A stretch of DNA of 64,000 nt from Gracilinanus agilis (lineage: Eukaryota), in the NCBI RefSeq assembly GCF_016433145.1, contig NC_058135.1, forward strand, positions 278,688,276-278,752,275, read 5' to 3'. This document shows, piece after piece, positions 35,101-46,330 of this stretch (within the stretch, counting starts at the first letter, position 1; every line of letters starts with the position of its first letter). The notes under the pieces are model-generated. The model saw nothing but the letters and a program-made list of their open reading frames with translations, had not been told where the DNA came from and ran no database searches. A program made the position numbers and the translations under genes.

Positions 35101-36546
35101 TGATGGACTACTACTGTCCCATAAGAAATGATGAGAAGTTAATTTAAAAAAGAACCTGGGGGGCAGCTGGGTAGCTCAGTGGATTGAGAGTCAGGCCTAG
35201 AGATGGGAGGTCCTGGGTTCAAATCCAGCCTCAGACACTTCCTAGCTGTGTGACCCTGGGCAAGTCACTTGACTCCCATTGTCCATACTTACCACTCTTC
35301 CACCTAGGAGCCAATACACAGAAGTTGAGGGTTTAAAAAAATAAAAAATTAAAATTAAAAATTAAAAACCTGGCAAGAACTACAAGAGATAATGAAAACT
35401 GAAACCAGTAGAACCAAGAGAACATTATACAGAGCTACAGTTTAATATCTGAAGAATAACTGGTGAATGTTCACCTCCAGAGTGAACTGAAGAATGAAAA
35501 CATGAAAGACACAATCTATATATACATATCTGTTTCCCAGGTGATGCCTTCTATGGCGTAGGGAGGGGAGAAATGGACTGAGATACTTGGAAATAAATTC
35601 TATTAATTAAAAAAAAGTCATTTCATTCAGTCTAGGCCAGTAGTTGCCAAACTTTTTTGGCCTGCTGCCTCTTTTCCAGAAAAAAATATTACTTAGTACC
35701 CCTTGTCACATACTATCACCGCCCCCTTACAGTTATTCACCACCCCCAAATGCACCTGTGGCCATCAACACTTTCCTGCATCGCTGCATCACCCACCAGG
35801 GGGCGGTGGTGCCCACTTTGGGAATCACTGGTCTAGGCCTTAATTTATTCAAGTGAAAATAAGAGAACTTGACTAGAACATCTACAAGTTCCTTCTATCT
35901 TGGACATTTTCTGTGGCTCTACTTTGACTTAAAGCATGAACACTGAGCATGAATGATTTTTTTTTCTGAATTAAGATTTATTGATTTCCACCACTTTAAA
36001 TATGATTTGAAGCTGACTGGAGAGAAGGAATTTTGTATTTTTATGTTAAAAGTAAACTAATGAAGAAAGGCCATCACCTCTGGCTTTAGTCAATATTTCC
36101 TCAGATTTGGACTAATAAAAGTTCCAGGTCTATGAAATCCAGGCATGTTGCAGGCCTCTCTGTGGCTCTACTTTGGCTTAAAGCATGAATGCTGAGGGCC
36201 TCCTGGCAGTCTCTGACAGGAGGAAATTTCATCCCTATTTGGCTACAAGTTCCTTTGCAAGAAACAGATTTTTTAAAAACCTTGAAATCCTGTTGTTGTT
36301 GTTGTTTTCCCCTGAGGTTTATCATTGTCAGGGAAATCAGCTGATTTAGAAGAACTGAAAATGAAATTGGAAAACCCAGACTACTTTGGCCAGGAGTCCT
36401 GATCCCTTCATCCCCTACACCTGGTACTCCCCCTTCCAAGCTGGTCCTAGAGATAAACCTGCCCAGAGAACTAGAAGAGGTAATTATTCAACCCCTCTTT
36501 TCTGAAATGGTGAAAATGAAAATCAAAGAAGAGGTCCCATTGATAG

Positions 36547-36616
<70 letters not shown>

Positions 36617-39141
36617 AAGGATAGGGGCATTATTTCATTAGGGAAGGGAATGAAAAATGTCCCCTTACCAATCCAGGTTGGCACCTGCTTGGTAACTTTT
36701 AGCCTGAGAAAGTCATCCAGAGCAGTGTCAAACTTTTTGGTCTCAGGACTTCTTTACACTCTTTTTTATTTTAACCTTCACCTTTTTAAACCTTTCTTAG
36801 AATCAGTGTTGATTCTAAGGTAGAAGAGCAATAAAGGCTAGACCAGTGATTCCCAAAGTGGGCGCTATCGCCCCCTGGTGGGTGTTGCAGCGATCCAGGG
36901 CGGAGCTGTGATGGCCGCAGGTGCATTTATCTTTCCTATTAATTGCTATTAGCATTTTTAAAAAATTAATTTCCAGGAGGCTAAGTAATATTTTTTCTGG
37001 AAAGGGGGTGGTAGGCCAAAAAAGTTTGGGAACCACTGGGCTAGGCAATGGGGGTTTAGTGACTTGCTCAAGGTTACACAGCTAGGAAACTCCTTTACAC
37101 TCTTAAAAAATATAGAGGAAAAGGAGGCACCTGAGTAGCTCAGTGGATTGAGAGTCAGGCCTAGAGATGGGAGGTCCTAGGTTCAAATCTAGCCTCAGAC
37201 ACTTCCCAGCTGTGTGACCCTGGGCAAGTCACTTGACCCCCATTGCCCACCCTTACTTACCACTCTTCCACCTATGAGCCAATACATAGAAGTTAAGGGT
37301 TTAAAATATATATAGAGAGAGAGGATATCAGAGAGCTTTTGTTTATGTGGTCTATTGTTATGAATAATAATTACATTCAAATGAAAACTAATCACTTAAA
37401 ATATGCATTCAATTAAATATAATCCTATTACATGTTAACAAATAGCTTCTTTTTTATGAAAAAAAATTTTTCCAGACCAAAAATAATTTAAAGCACTAGC
37501 TTTGTTTCACAAATTTCTTTAATGTCTGACAATAGAAGAGAGCAGTATTCTCATATCTATTTCTGCATTCAATCGGTTTAGCTATATGAGGAAATACATC
37601 TTGAGATAGACAAATACAGAGCTAGAAAAAGGACTGTTTGGCCAGTCATAGAACAGCTTAGCATTCTTTTGAAAAAAGTTTTGACCTTTTTAGTTCCCCT
37701 AAAGGGATCTTAGGGTCCCTCAGAAGTCCTTGGACCACATTCTGAGAAGTGATAGCCTAGAACACGGAGAAGTAAAGTAACTTGCTCAGGATTCTACAAT
37801 ATGTGGCAGAGGAAGGACATGAAGAACCCAGGTACTTGACTCAGTCGTGGGCTCTCTACCACTCTGCTTAACAACAATAACAATAATAATTTTGGATCGT
37901 TTAAGGTTTGCAAAGAGCTGCACCCATATCACCTCTTCTGTGGCTGAGATCTAAACTTCATCATTTCAAGCTCTTTCCAGCTGCTGCCTGTCTGTAATCC
38001 CACAGGTCTGGGCCCAAGATGTACAGATCCTCAACCTACCCAGGCTCCAGGGGTCTGCCAAGGGAGAAGAAGTCCCTTGCCATCTCACTTTAATTCAGTC
38101 ATAGAACTTGGCCCAAGGAAGGACCTTGGAGAGCATCCAGTGATTCCCAAAGTGGGCCCTATCGCCCCCTGGTGGGTGCTACAACGATCTAGGGGAGGCA
38201 GTGATGGCCACAGAGGCATTTATCTTTCCTATTAATTGCTATTAAAATTTTAAAAATTAATTTCCAGGGTGCTAAGGAATATTTTTTCTGGAAAGGGGGC
38301 GGGAGGCCAAAAAAGTTTGGGAACCGCTGCTAGACCAGCTCCCTCTTAGGCAGGAAACTGAAGCCCGGGAGGGAAGTCCTTGACTCCCAGTCTCCTAAGT
38401 GGTAAATTCTGAATCCAATGCTCTTCCCTCCTCCCCCTCTATTTCTATGCTAGATAATTAGAAAGCGAGGTCCTTGAAGGCGGCAACTTTATTTTCTTTT
38501 TCCTGTCTGTCTCCACTGCACTTAACGCACTTAGCTTGGCTAAGTAAGGACTAAGTAAGTCCTTAATAAACGTTTGTTAACTGACTTTCTGTTCTAAGAC
38601 TGTGGCAATCCCTCTCCAGGAAACGAAACCGAAAGACACCAGCAACCCAAATCCAGTCTCTCCTCGCGCACCTCGGGTTGGAGGGGGACCAACAGACATC
38701 CAGGACGTCTGCCCCCCCCCCCGCCCCAGGCTAGCTCCTTCTCCTTTCCTCTGCCTTCTTCCCAGGCCACTTCTCCGATGAAAGGATGGACTCAGGAGAG
38801 AAGGGACAAGGGTTCCATCAGTTAGAAAGCTAGAACAAGCCCCGAGAGTGTAGCCTCGCTTTGAGTGGGCAGAGGGGAGCCCAGAGGGAAGATGGAAGGG
38901 AAGAATGGTGGGATGTTGGGGGGAATGGCCAGAGAGTGTGGTAAGAAGGGGAGCCGGAGCCTGGGAGGATGGGGGGGGGCGGCGAAAGTGTAGGAAGTGG
39001 AAGCCCTGGGACGGCGAGAGAGGGCTCTGTGAGTGGGAGTGATGAGACAACCCTTGGACCCTCAGAGTGGGTCACGTTCCCCCTCCGGGGCTCCCCCAAG
39101 ACAAGAGCGCTTACCTTTGCAGCACGAATGCTTGCTGTCAT
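29008..39141 (-). CDS. UBE2L6: Ubiquitin/ISG15-conjugating enzyme E2 L6, complement(join(29008-29165,31248-31431,32854-32949,39115-39141)), 154 aa
   Basis: Exon sizes 27/96/184/158 with GT-AG introns. UBC fold with YPFRPP and catalytic Cys in DGEVCLPIL. Position between SMTNL1 and SERPING1 matches UBE2L6 rather than UBE2L3. Confidence 0.95.
29184..29229. repeat. (AATG)n microsatellite
   Basis: Direct reading; lies next to the UBE2L6 exon 4 acceptor. Confidence 0.92.
29860..30350 (+). mobile_element. Old L1 3' fragment
   Basis: ...gttgcaaagaactaaaaacaaatgggatagcctccaaataggggaaggg... is L1 ORF2-end-like. Confidence 0.6.
30636..30830 (+). mobile_element. Young SINE, adjacent to a - strand copy at ~30375-30580
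   Basis: Full head and tail; taaaaagtaagg duplication. Confidence 0.85.
31248..31431 (-). CDS. UBE2L6: UBE2L6 exon 3 (active-site exon)
   Basis: ccccacag|gac ... caag|gtaggc; encodes DQEPYNLRAF...IYHPHVTEDGEVCLPILNSNWTAHTKIHQ. Confidence 0.95.
31509..31610 (+). mobile_element. Partial hAT MITE, family B (left end)
   Basis: caggggttcccaaactttttggcctactgcccc...gaaattaattttttaaa matches the other copies. Confidence 0.75.
32854..32949 (-). CDS. UBE2L6: UBE2L6 exon 2
   Basis: ttctgcag|gag ... ccg|gtgagt; encodes ELEMLQDNLPSYLQDLSSEGSNVLIWNATLLP. Confidence 0.95.
34890..35600 (+). mobile_element. L1 3' fragment interrupted by a SINE
   Basis: aaatatttatagcagccctctttgtggtggcaaagaactggaaattgagaggatgcccatc motif. 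Confidence 0.75.
35158..35366 (+). mobile_element. Young SINE inside an L1 fragment
   Basis: Full length; aacctgg flanks. Confidence 0.85.
35638..35830 (+). mobile_element. hAT (Charlie-type) MITE, family B
   Basis: Ends cagtagttgccaaa / tttgggaatcactg; perfect 8-bp TSD gtctaggc. Confidence 0.88.
36547..36616. repeat. (GAT)n trinucleotide repeat
   Basis: Direct reading. Confidence 0.92.
36764..37092 (-). mobile_element. SINE fragment interrupted by a hAT MITE
   Basis: 12-bp TSD ctttacactctt at 36752-63 and 37093-104. Confidence 0.82.
36844..37038 (-). mobile_element. hAT MITE, family B, nested in a SINE
   Basis: Ends cagtgattcccaaa / tttgggaaccactg; TSD ggctagac / ggctaggc. Confidence 0.88.
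37124..37310 (+). mobile_element. Young SINE inside the Charlie1-like remnant
   Basis: Matches the other young copies. Confidence 0.85.
38138..38329 (-). mobile_element. hAT MITE, family B
   Basis: Same internal sequence and TIRs as 36844-37038; TSD not recognisable. Confidence 0.85.
38619..38635. promoter_or_regulatory. ISRE / IRF element in UBE2L6 intron 1
   Basis: ggaaacgaaaccgaaag contains three GAAA cores, including GAAACCGAAA; UBE2L6 is an established interferon-stimulated gene. Confidence 0.75.
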
Positions 39142-39330
39142 CTCTGGGGATAAATCGGGGGAAACTCCAGGCAAGACAGCTGAGAGAGAAGTAGGGAAAG
39201 AGTATGGGGTGGGACTGGAGATCGGGGGCGGGGTTGCCTTCCTAGCCGCGGCGAGTTCGTGGACCTGCCCCGGATCAGGAGTCAAAAGAGCCGACTTCCC
39301 ATCCAGATTCCCGAGAATTAGCTGGGTGCT
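38640..39330 (-). promoter_or_regulatory. UBE2L6: UBE2L6 CpG-rich promoter / exon 1 region
   Basis: Local CpG enrichment and a GC box (ggggcgggg ~39224) around the start-codon exon. Confidence 0.7.
39115..39141 (-). CDS. UBE2L6: UBE2L6 exon 1 (MTASIRAAK)
   Basis: ATG at 39141-39139, donor aag|gtaagc, inside a CpG-rich island. Confidence 0.88.
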
Positions 39331-39748
39331 TTTGGCCTAGGCCCTTCCTCTCCCGTTGGCCTCAGTTTCCCTCTGTATAAAATGAGGAGATTGGCTGGGA
39401 TTATCTTTGAGATCCCTCCTCCCTCTGACGTGTTTCTGGGTACCCCATCCCGCCCTGTTCCTTCCTCCCTTGGCACCGCCTGTCAGAGTACTGGCTACTT
39501 GTCCACTCTCCAGACCCAGCAGGGCTGAGAAGGTGCAGAGCAGCTTAAGGGGGTTCTAGTTCACAGATCTGGAGCCAGTGGCTGAGCAGAGCCTAGCAAA
39601 AGGCTTTCTGGGTTTGGGGAGGGGGGCAAAGATGAGAACAGTTGAAAAATAATCAAGTATTCAGTATTTCCTCTCTTTATTCAAGAGGTAGGCGCCTACT
39701 GCCATGGAATATTGCCATACTGGCAAACTCTGTAGATAAGTTCATTGG

Positions 39749-40145
39749 TTTTTTGGTTTTTTTTAAACCCTTACTGGGTATTAGTTCTAAGGCTGAAGAG
39801 TGGTAAGGACTAGGCAATGAGGGTCACACAGCTAGGAAGTGTCTGAGGTCACATTTGAACCCAGGACCTCCCATCTCTGGACCTGGCTCTCAATCCACTG
39901 AGCCACCCAGCTGCCCCCAAGTTCATTGGGGGTTTTTTGTTTTGTTTTGTTTTGTTACCTTCTGTTGTCTTGAATTCAATACTGTGTATTGGCTCCAAGG
40001 CAGAAGAGTGATAAGAGCTAGGCAATGGGGGTCAAGTGACTTGCCCAGGGTCACACATCTAGGAAGTATCTGAGGCCAGATTTGAACCTAGGACCTCCTG
40101 TCTATAGGCCTGGCTCTCAATCCACTGAGCCACCCAGCTGCCCCC
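39749..40145 (-). mobile_element. Two tandem SINEs sharing one target sequence
   Basis: aagttcattgg at 39738, 39919 and 40146. Confidence 0.85.
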
Positions 40146-40279
40146 AAGTTCATTGGTTTTTGACAAACATTCCTTTTTATTTTTTAATCTTTATTACTGG
40201 CAATGTCTCCATTAGGAGGGAAGGGAAATATTCAGAAATGAATATGGGAGAGGAGGAAATGATGGAGAGAATTATGTCC

Positions 40280-40870
40280 AAAGGGCTATAAAAGAATGCA
40301 TACCTTTTGATTCAGTAATACTACTAACTAGGTCTGTATCCCAAAGAGATTTTTTAAAATGAGAAAGGACCTGTGTATACAAAAATATTTATAGTTGCTC
40401 TTTTTGCAGCAAAGAATTGGGAACTAAAGGGATTTCCCTTACTTGGGAAATGGATGAACAAACTATGGAATTTGATGTTGGTGGAATACTATTGTGCTAT
40501 AAGGAATGAACAGGATGATGTCAGAAAGAGCTGGAAAGACATTCATGAACTGATGCAGAGTGAAATAAGCAGAATCAGGAAACATTAGACACAGTAACTG
40601 AAATACTGTGCAATAATGAAATGTAATAGACTTTGCTACTTACAGCAATACAATGATCCAGGATAATTCTGAGGGACTTATGATAAAGAATTCTACCTCC
40701 AGAAGAACTGTTGGAGAAGAAAGGCAGATGAAAACATCTGATTTATCACTTTTTATTGCTGTATATGATTTGGGATTTTGGTTTTATAAGATTATTCATG
40801 TACGAAAATGAATAAGGAAATATATTTTGCATGATAATATATGTATAACCCAAAAAAATAAAAAATTTAA
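40280..40870 (+). mobile_element. L1 3' fragment with A-rich tail
   Basis: TKIFIVALFAAKNWELKGFPLLGKWMNKLW L1 ORF2-end motif. Confidence 0.8.
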
Positions 40871-41728
40871 ATTTAAAAGAAAAAAATGATGAAGGGAGTG
40901 AAGAACTGGCTTCTGAGTCAGAATGGCCTAGATTCAAATTTCTCCTCTTGACACCTACTGATGGAGTGACCCTATGCTGTCACTTCATCTCTTAGAGCCA
41001 AAGGGAATTTTGTTAGACAATAAATGGCAGAACAGTTGCTATTTTCATTGACAGAGGGGTTTCTAATACTAGTGGCATCACAGGAGCTGTGCCCACCAAA
41101 GTGATGTCAAAACAAAAGTCATCAAATATTTTTTTCTTTTAAGTGAAATTTTTTATATTTAATTTTTTTCCAGTGACATGTGATAACAATTTGTAGCATT
41201 CGTTTTTAAAATATTTAGTTCTGAGTTCTCCCCCTTCTTCTCTCTTCTTCCCCTCCTTAAAAAGGCAGTTTGTCATCAATGTTTTTAATAGTGTATGTCT
41301 GCCATTATCCCAAGTTCACATCTTGCCATTAGAATGGGGACAGGATGGAAACTTAGCTAGTGTGAGATTTCCTCCTACATGCTGCCTAGTCACTTGGGTT
41401 GTTGATTGAAGCCTCTAGGACTGATTGTTGGTCTTAAAGTGAAGAAAACCTGAGATCTAATCCTGTCTACCACATTTAGTGTGTGACAACTGGAAAAATC
41501 TCTTAACCTCTTTCAGTCTCCATTTTCTCACTGGTAAAAATGGGAATATTAGCACCTACATCCTGAGGTTGTTATGAAAAACAAATGACATAGTTTATCT
41601 GGGGCATTTTGAAAGCTTTCAAGTGCTGAAAAAATGCTGGTTTTCATATTCTTGTTCAATAAAATATAGGAACTAAGTCTGTATCCTATACATACAAAAC
41701 TATACTAGGTGGTTCAGTGGATAAAGCA

Positions 41729-42571
41729 TGTTACAAAAAAAAATAATAGTAGGGATTCTTCTTGATACTGCTACGCTCCTGTTCTATAACAGTGCCCAGG
41801 CAGGACCCTTAATGGTCAGGTAGATGGGTAACCCTTTCAGGTCCCATCTGGGGTTGGATTGATTATTAATATTGGGCTCATTAGTCTTGGATAACATATT
41901 CATCTGACTGCGTTGCTCCCTCCCCAAGGGCCATGATGTAATGACCACTCAGGAAGGTACTTAAATAAACTTTATCTATTGATGTTAAATAGGGAAAGGA
42001 ATAATCAGGAACGGTTTGGGGATAGGAGACCTTGTCACTATAGCTATGATCAATAATCCCTCAGGACTGTAGGCTGTTGTCTCAGTTAGCTGGAGCTTGT
42101 GGTTTCCCACTCCTCTGGTTCAGCATGGCCACTGCCAAAACAGGGAGGGCAAACTGCTCAGTTGGTACAGATATTGTGATTTCTCTCAGCCTCCCTGTTC
42201 TCAGTTTGTGTTGTCAGCTTGCACAGCCTTTAGGAAGAAATCCCTTTGGAAATCCACCCTCTTCTTCTTATACCTCCCTTCCTCCCTTCACCTCCCAGGC
42301 CCAGATACCTAATAGCTAATGATGATTCAAATGCCTATAGATCTAGGGAGATTTAGAGGATCAGTGGTCAAAGCTCAAAGACCAAAGATCTGAGCCTCCA
42401 GGACCAAAGACCAAAGACCTCTCCCAGATGGCTGTGAGGGCCCTTTCTCTCCTCAGGCCAACTGACTTTTTTTTTCCTCCTAACCGCCTCTGTGTACATT
42501 CCAAGGTCTCCAACTGTCTTCCCCTGTCAATCAAGGTGAGACAAACCAACTCTCAGAACTTGAATATAACA
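41729..42571 (-). mobile_element. Solo LTR (ERV1-like, 843 bp) inserted in a SINE
   Basis: Termini tgtta...taaca, 4-bp TSD agca at 41725-28 and 42572-75. It splits a SINE head (ggttcagtggataaagca | tcaggtctggagtcagg). Orientation is inferred. Confidence 0.75.
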
Positions 42572-43765
42572 AGCATCAGGTCTGGAGTCAGGAGGGCTTG
42601 GATTCAGATCTGACCTTAGATACTTCCTAGCTGTGTGACCCTGGACAAGTCACTTAAGCCCAATTACAGAGCCTTCATTACTCTTCTGTCCTAAAATCGA
42701 TATCTATTCTATCAATCCAGAAGGTAAAGGTCAAAAATAAAAATAACAAATAAAATAGAGATTAAAGCACACTTCCTTTGGTATATAACATTTTGTATCA
42801 TGAAGTTAAGTATTTAGCAATTTATCCAATCCACAAACTTTCTCCACTGACTACTTTTAGAATATTTCAATCATACATTATAGTTCTTGAGAGGAATGGT
42901 GATATAGTAGATAGAAAGCTGACCTCAGAACCAGGGAGAATTGGGTTCAAGACCTACCTTGGATACATGTCATCTATGTAACCCTAGTTGAGTGAGTTCT
43001 TTAACTTCTCAGTGCTCTAAATAAATGTCTAAGACTAATTTGCAGAGAAGGTGCTAATTTGCATTGGTAGAGGGAGTTTCCTCATCAGGGAGTTCCCCAG
43101 ACCAATGAAATCACAGATCCAGGCTATAGCTTTGTCTCACAATAGTTGTCAAATATTTCATGTACCCCAAGTTGGGAACCCTTTTTAATAATACAAAGTA
43201 GGAAACTATGCCATCTCCTTCAGGTGAGGAATCTGGGTCTTACCTCTAAGACTGAGAGTTGACTGACTTTTCTACAATTAACTAGCTGGAACCTATGAAG
43301 ATAGAATGTGAAGCTATGTCTCTACCTCAGGACCAGTGTTCTTTGCATAGCTCTACCCAAAGATCACATATGTAAAAATACTTTGGAAAGAATTCATCAC
43401 AATCTAAAGGGTTAAAATGAGACTTTGATAAAACCCACTTCTAACACTTAACTGTGTAACTGTTGGCAAGTCACTTAAATTCTCTGAGTCTCAGTTTTCT
43501 CATCTGTGAAATAGGAATAAGTACTAAATAGTGTACTCCTTACCTAAGAGATCTTGTAGATTTGTTGATGAAAGGGACCTTAGCAATAATTAGTCTGATG
43601 CCCTTGTTTTAACCTGGAAGAAATTGAGAATCCAGAAAAAAATGACAAGAACTGTCTTCTTATGGACTTGGAACCTGAGACCATTGTATTTTCAGTAATA
43701 AAAGCAGGACTCCAAACTCACTTTCTCTAAATCCAGAACTTTCTTTATTAAAAAAAAAAAATCCA

Positions 43766-43967
43766 GGGGCAGCTGGGTAGCTCAGTGGATTGAGAGCCAG
43801 GCCTAGAGATGGGAGGTCCTAGGTTCAAATCCGGCCTCAGACACTTCCCAGCTGAGTGACCCTGGGCAAGTCACTTGACCCCCATTGCCTACCCTTACCA
43901 CTCTTCTGCCTTGGAGCCAATACACAGTATTAACTCCAAGATGGAAGGTAAGGGTTTAAAAAAAAAT
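43766..43967 (+). mobile_element. Young SINE
   Basis: Full-length consensus-like copy. Confidence 0.88.
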
Positions 43968-44459
43968 CAATTCTGACCCAGACTGAATTGCCTGTCAGCT
44001 CCAAGAAGGCGGAGGGAGGAAGGGAGGAAGACAATATGGATCATATGACTTTGGAAAACTTATGAAGAAATTTGTTATTAAAATAAAATAAATAAATAAA
44101 ACTTCAAAAATCAATTCTTTTTTCCCCAAAATTCACAAGTATTTCTTTTCCCTCCCTTCCCCAACTAAAAAAGGAACGGAAAGAAATACTCTTGTAACAA
44201 ACAAAACAAATCTTCACATTGTCCATGCCTCTAATTGTGTCCCAGTCAGCATATTAGTCCTTTACCTTTCAGTCAGGGGGTGGCTAGTGTACTTCCCAGC
44301 TCTGGTGCTCTGGAACCATATGGCCTCAGTTCAGAAAGCTTTCAAAGTTGTTTGTTTTCGCACTTTTTAAAATTTTTTAATTGTCACACAGAGCACACTT
44401 CCATATTGGTCATTGTTGTTAGAGCACATACATATGTAACCATTTTCACACTTTAAAAA

Positions 44460-45000
44460 AAATTGTATTATGAATTGCAATAGTATAAATTGGCTCACCT
44501 AAGTCTTTTCAGGTTTCTTTGAAACTATCCCTTTCAGCATTTCTCAGGGCACAATTCTATTCCGTTACATGCATATAACAAAACTTGTTTGTCCATTACA
44601 CAATTGATGGACACCCTATTATTTCCTAGCTTTGCCACCATAATCAAATTGTTATAAATATTTTTGCCTATCTAAGACCCCTTGCTGTTTCTTCCATCTC
44701 TTTGAGGACTGGTCCTAGTAGTAGTAGTAGTAGTATTGCTGGGTCAAAGCGTATACACAGATTAGTAGCCTTTTGGACATCATTTCACATTGGAGTTAAA
44801 CAGCTCCACCAAATGCATGAATGTGTCCTTTCCCCCCACAGCCCTACCAGCATTTGTCTTTTTCTTCTCTTAGCAAATGTACCAAACTGGTGGATAAAAA
44901 GAGGAACCTCAGAAACGTTTTTAATCCGCACTTCTCTATCTATAAGTAATTCCGAGCATTTTTTTTTCCTGTGGCTCCTGATAACTGAGATTTCTTTCCC
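44460..45000 (-). mobile_element. Old L1 fragment
   Basis: Reverse-complement ORF2-end motifs (CSELLIDREVRIKNVSEVPLFIHQ resembles the IREMQIKTTLRYHL region). Confidence 0.55.
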
Positions 45001-45379
45001 TGAGCACTGCTCAGGCACTTTCTGTCACCCTCCACTCCCCTACGTCCGTCCCTCCCCCTCCTCAGTAGAACGTAAGCTCCTAGAGTACCCGAACAATTTT
45101 TTTGTCTCTATCTCTTCACTCAGAAGTCAGTCAGTCAACCATGGAGCACTCTCTGGCATATAGAAGGTAGTTAATAAATGCTCTTTCTGAAGAAGAGATG
45201 CGGAAATGCACCTGTTCCCTTCCTTAGAGAAATGGAGGACAATCACTGGAATATCGCATCTGCTTTGAGCCTCAGTTGACATATTGCTCAGTTTTGCAGG
45301 CAGGAATCCAGAGAAAGCAGGACGAGAGCTTCTTGCCCAACCCTCTCTTTTCACCAGAGAGGCTACTTACGACGAGGAA

Positions 45380-46330
45380 GAGGAAATGAGCTGCTCAGGG
45401 TTGCCCAGAGAGCGAGTATCGGACTAGAGAGTAAGAACCCGGGTCCCCAGACCCCCGATCCTGCCTCCAGTCTGCCTCTCCTTCCAAAGGGAGGGCAGGC
45501 AGCATCACTGCGGGAACAGCCCGGGTTTGCCAGGGGGAGTTGGCAGTCCCTGGCCTTAATGCTGGGAGTTGCAGAGTTAATCTCTCCTCCAATCCGCCCC
45601 CCTCCTGCTCCCCAGATCGCAGAGAGGCCACCCAGGCAACCGGATGCAGAAGAGCGTTTCCTGTTTCCCGCTCGTGATCCTGATAGCAGCATCAGCCAGC
45701 GGGTCTTGCTTGGGGGCTGAGTCTTTGCATCTACTCCATCCCCTGCCTGGCGCTCAGAATCAGGGGACTCTCTGCGCTCTGCCTCCTTACACGCCTCCCT
45801 CCTGCGGTAAGCAAAGCCTTCTGAGCTGGGGAGGGAGAGACTAGGGCAAAAAGGGAAGGCACGGAAGCAGCTGGGGACGGGGGGGGGGGGCGCGGAGGAG
45901 GAGGGCTGTGCTGAGAGCCGTCTTAGAGACGCGTCCTTGTGCAGAAGGACCACAGAAGGCTACGGTGGGCGTGCCGTTTGGCATCATATATCAGAGGGGC
46001 CCCGGCCAGTCAGCCGCGATAACACCCTCATTGTTTGGGGATTTGTCTGGGCTCACACAACTAATTCACGCCTAGAACCCAAGCCTCTGGACCCTCGAGG
46101 CAGCGTTTGGCTCTTTGTACCAAAGCATGCGAGAATACTACTGATAAATCGATAGGAAAAGGCGGCCTGGATCAATAGAATGTCCGAGCTGGGGAGGGAT
46201 CTTAGAACGTGGAACAGAACATCAGAGCTAGAGATCTCTGATAAAACAAAACAGAACGGTCCATTTAGAAGAGGCTTTAAGGGCATCGAACAATAGTTGG
46301 GAGAGACGTTAGAACTCGCGTTCTGTAGAC
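45380..46330 (+). promoter_or_regulatory. CpG-island promoter with candidate first exon ending at 45806
   Basis: CpG-dense region. It has gctgggagttgcag at 45561 (resembles the ZNF143/THAP11-type GCTGGGARTTGTAG motif common at ZNF promoters), CCAAT plus a GC box at ~45588-45600, and a donor cg|gtaagc at 45806/7. Confidence 0.7.

Larger units (their letters stand above)
36723..37755 (+). mobile_element. Old Charlie1-like hAT remnant carrying nested SINEs and a MITE
   Basis: aaactttttggtctcaggac...tttacactcttaaaaa...gagcttttgtttatgtgg...attacatgttaaca...tttaatgtctg...ttctgcattcaatc resembles the recalled Charlie1 consensus. Confidence 0.6.

Noticed and set aside
39307-39316. ttcccgagaa as a GAS element upstream of UBE2L6
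   Set aside because: The spacing is TTC-N4-GAA rather than the N3 of STAT1 GAS sites. A single short match is not supportable.
38577-39340. 123-157-aa ORFs around UBE2L6 exon 1
   Set aside because: GC-rich promoter artefacts. Only the 27-nt exon fits the gene.
45363-45953. 196-aa - strand ORF in the CpG island
   Set aside because: GC-rich low-complexity sequence depleted of stops, with no recognisable domain or exon structure.
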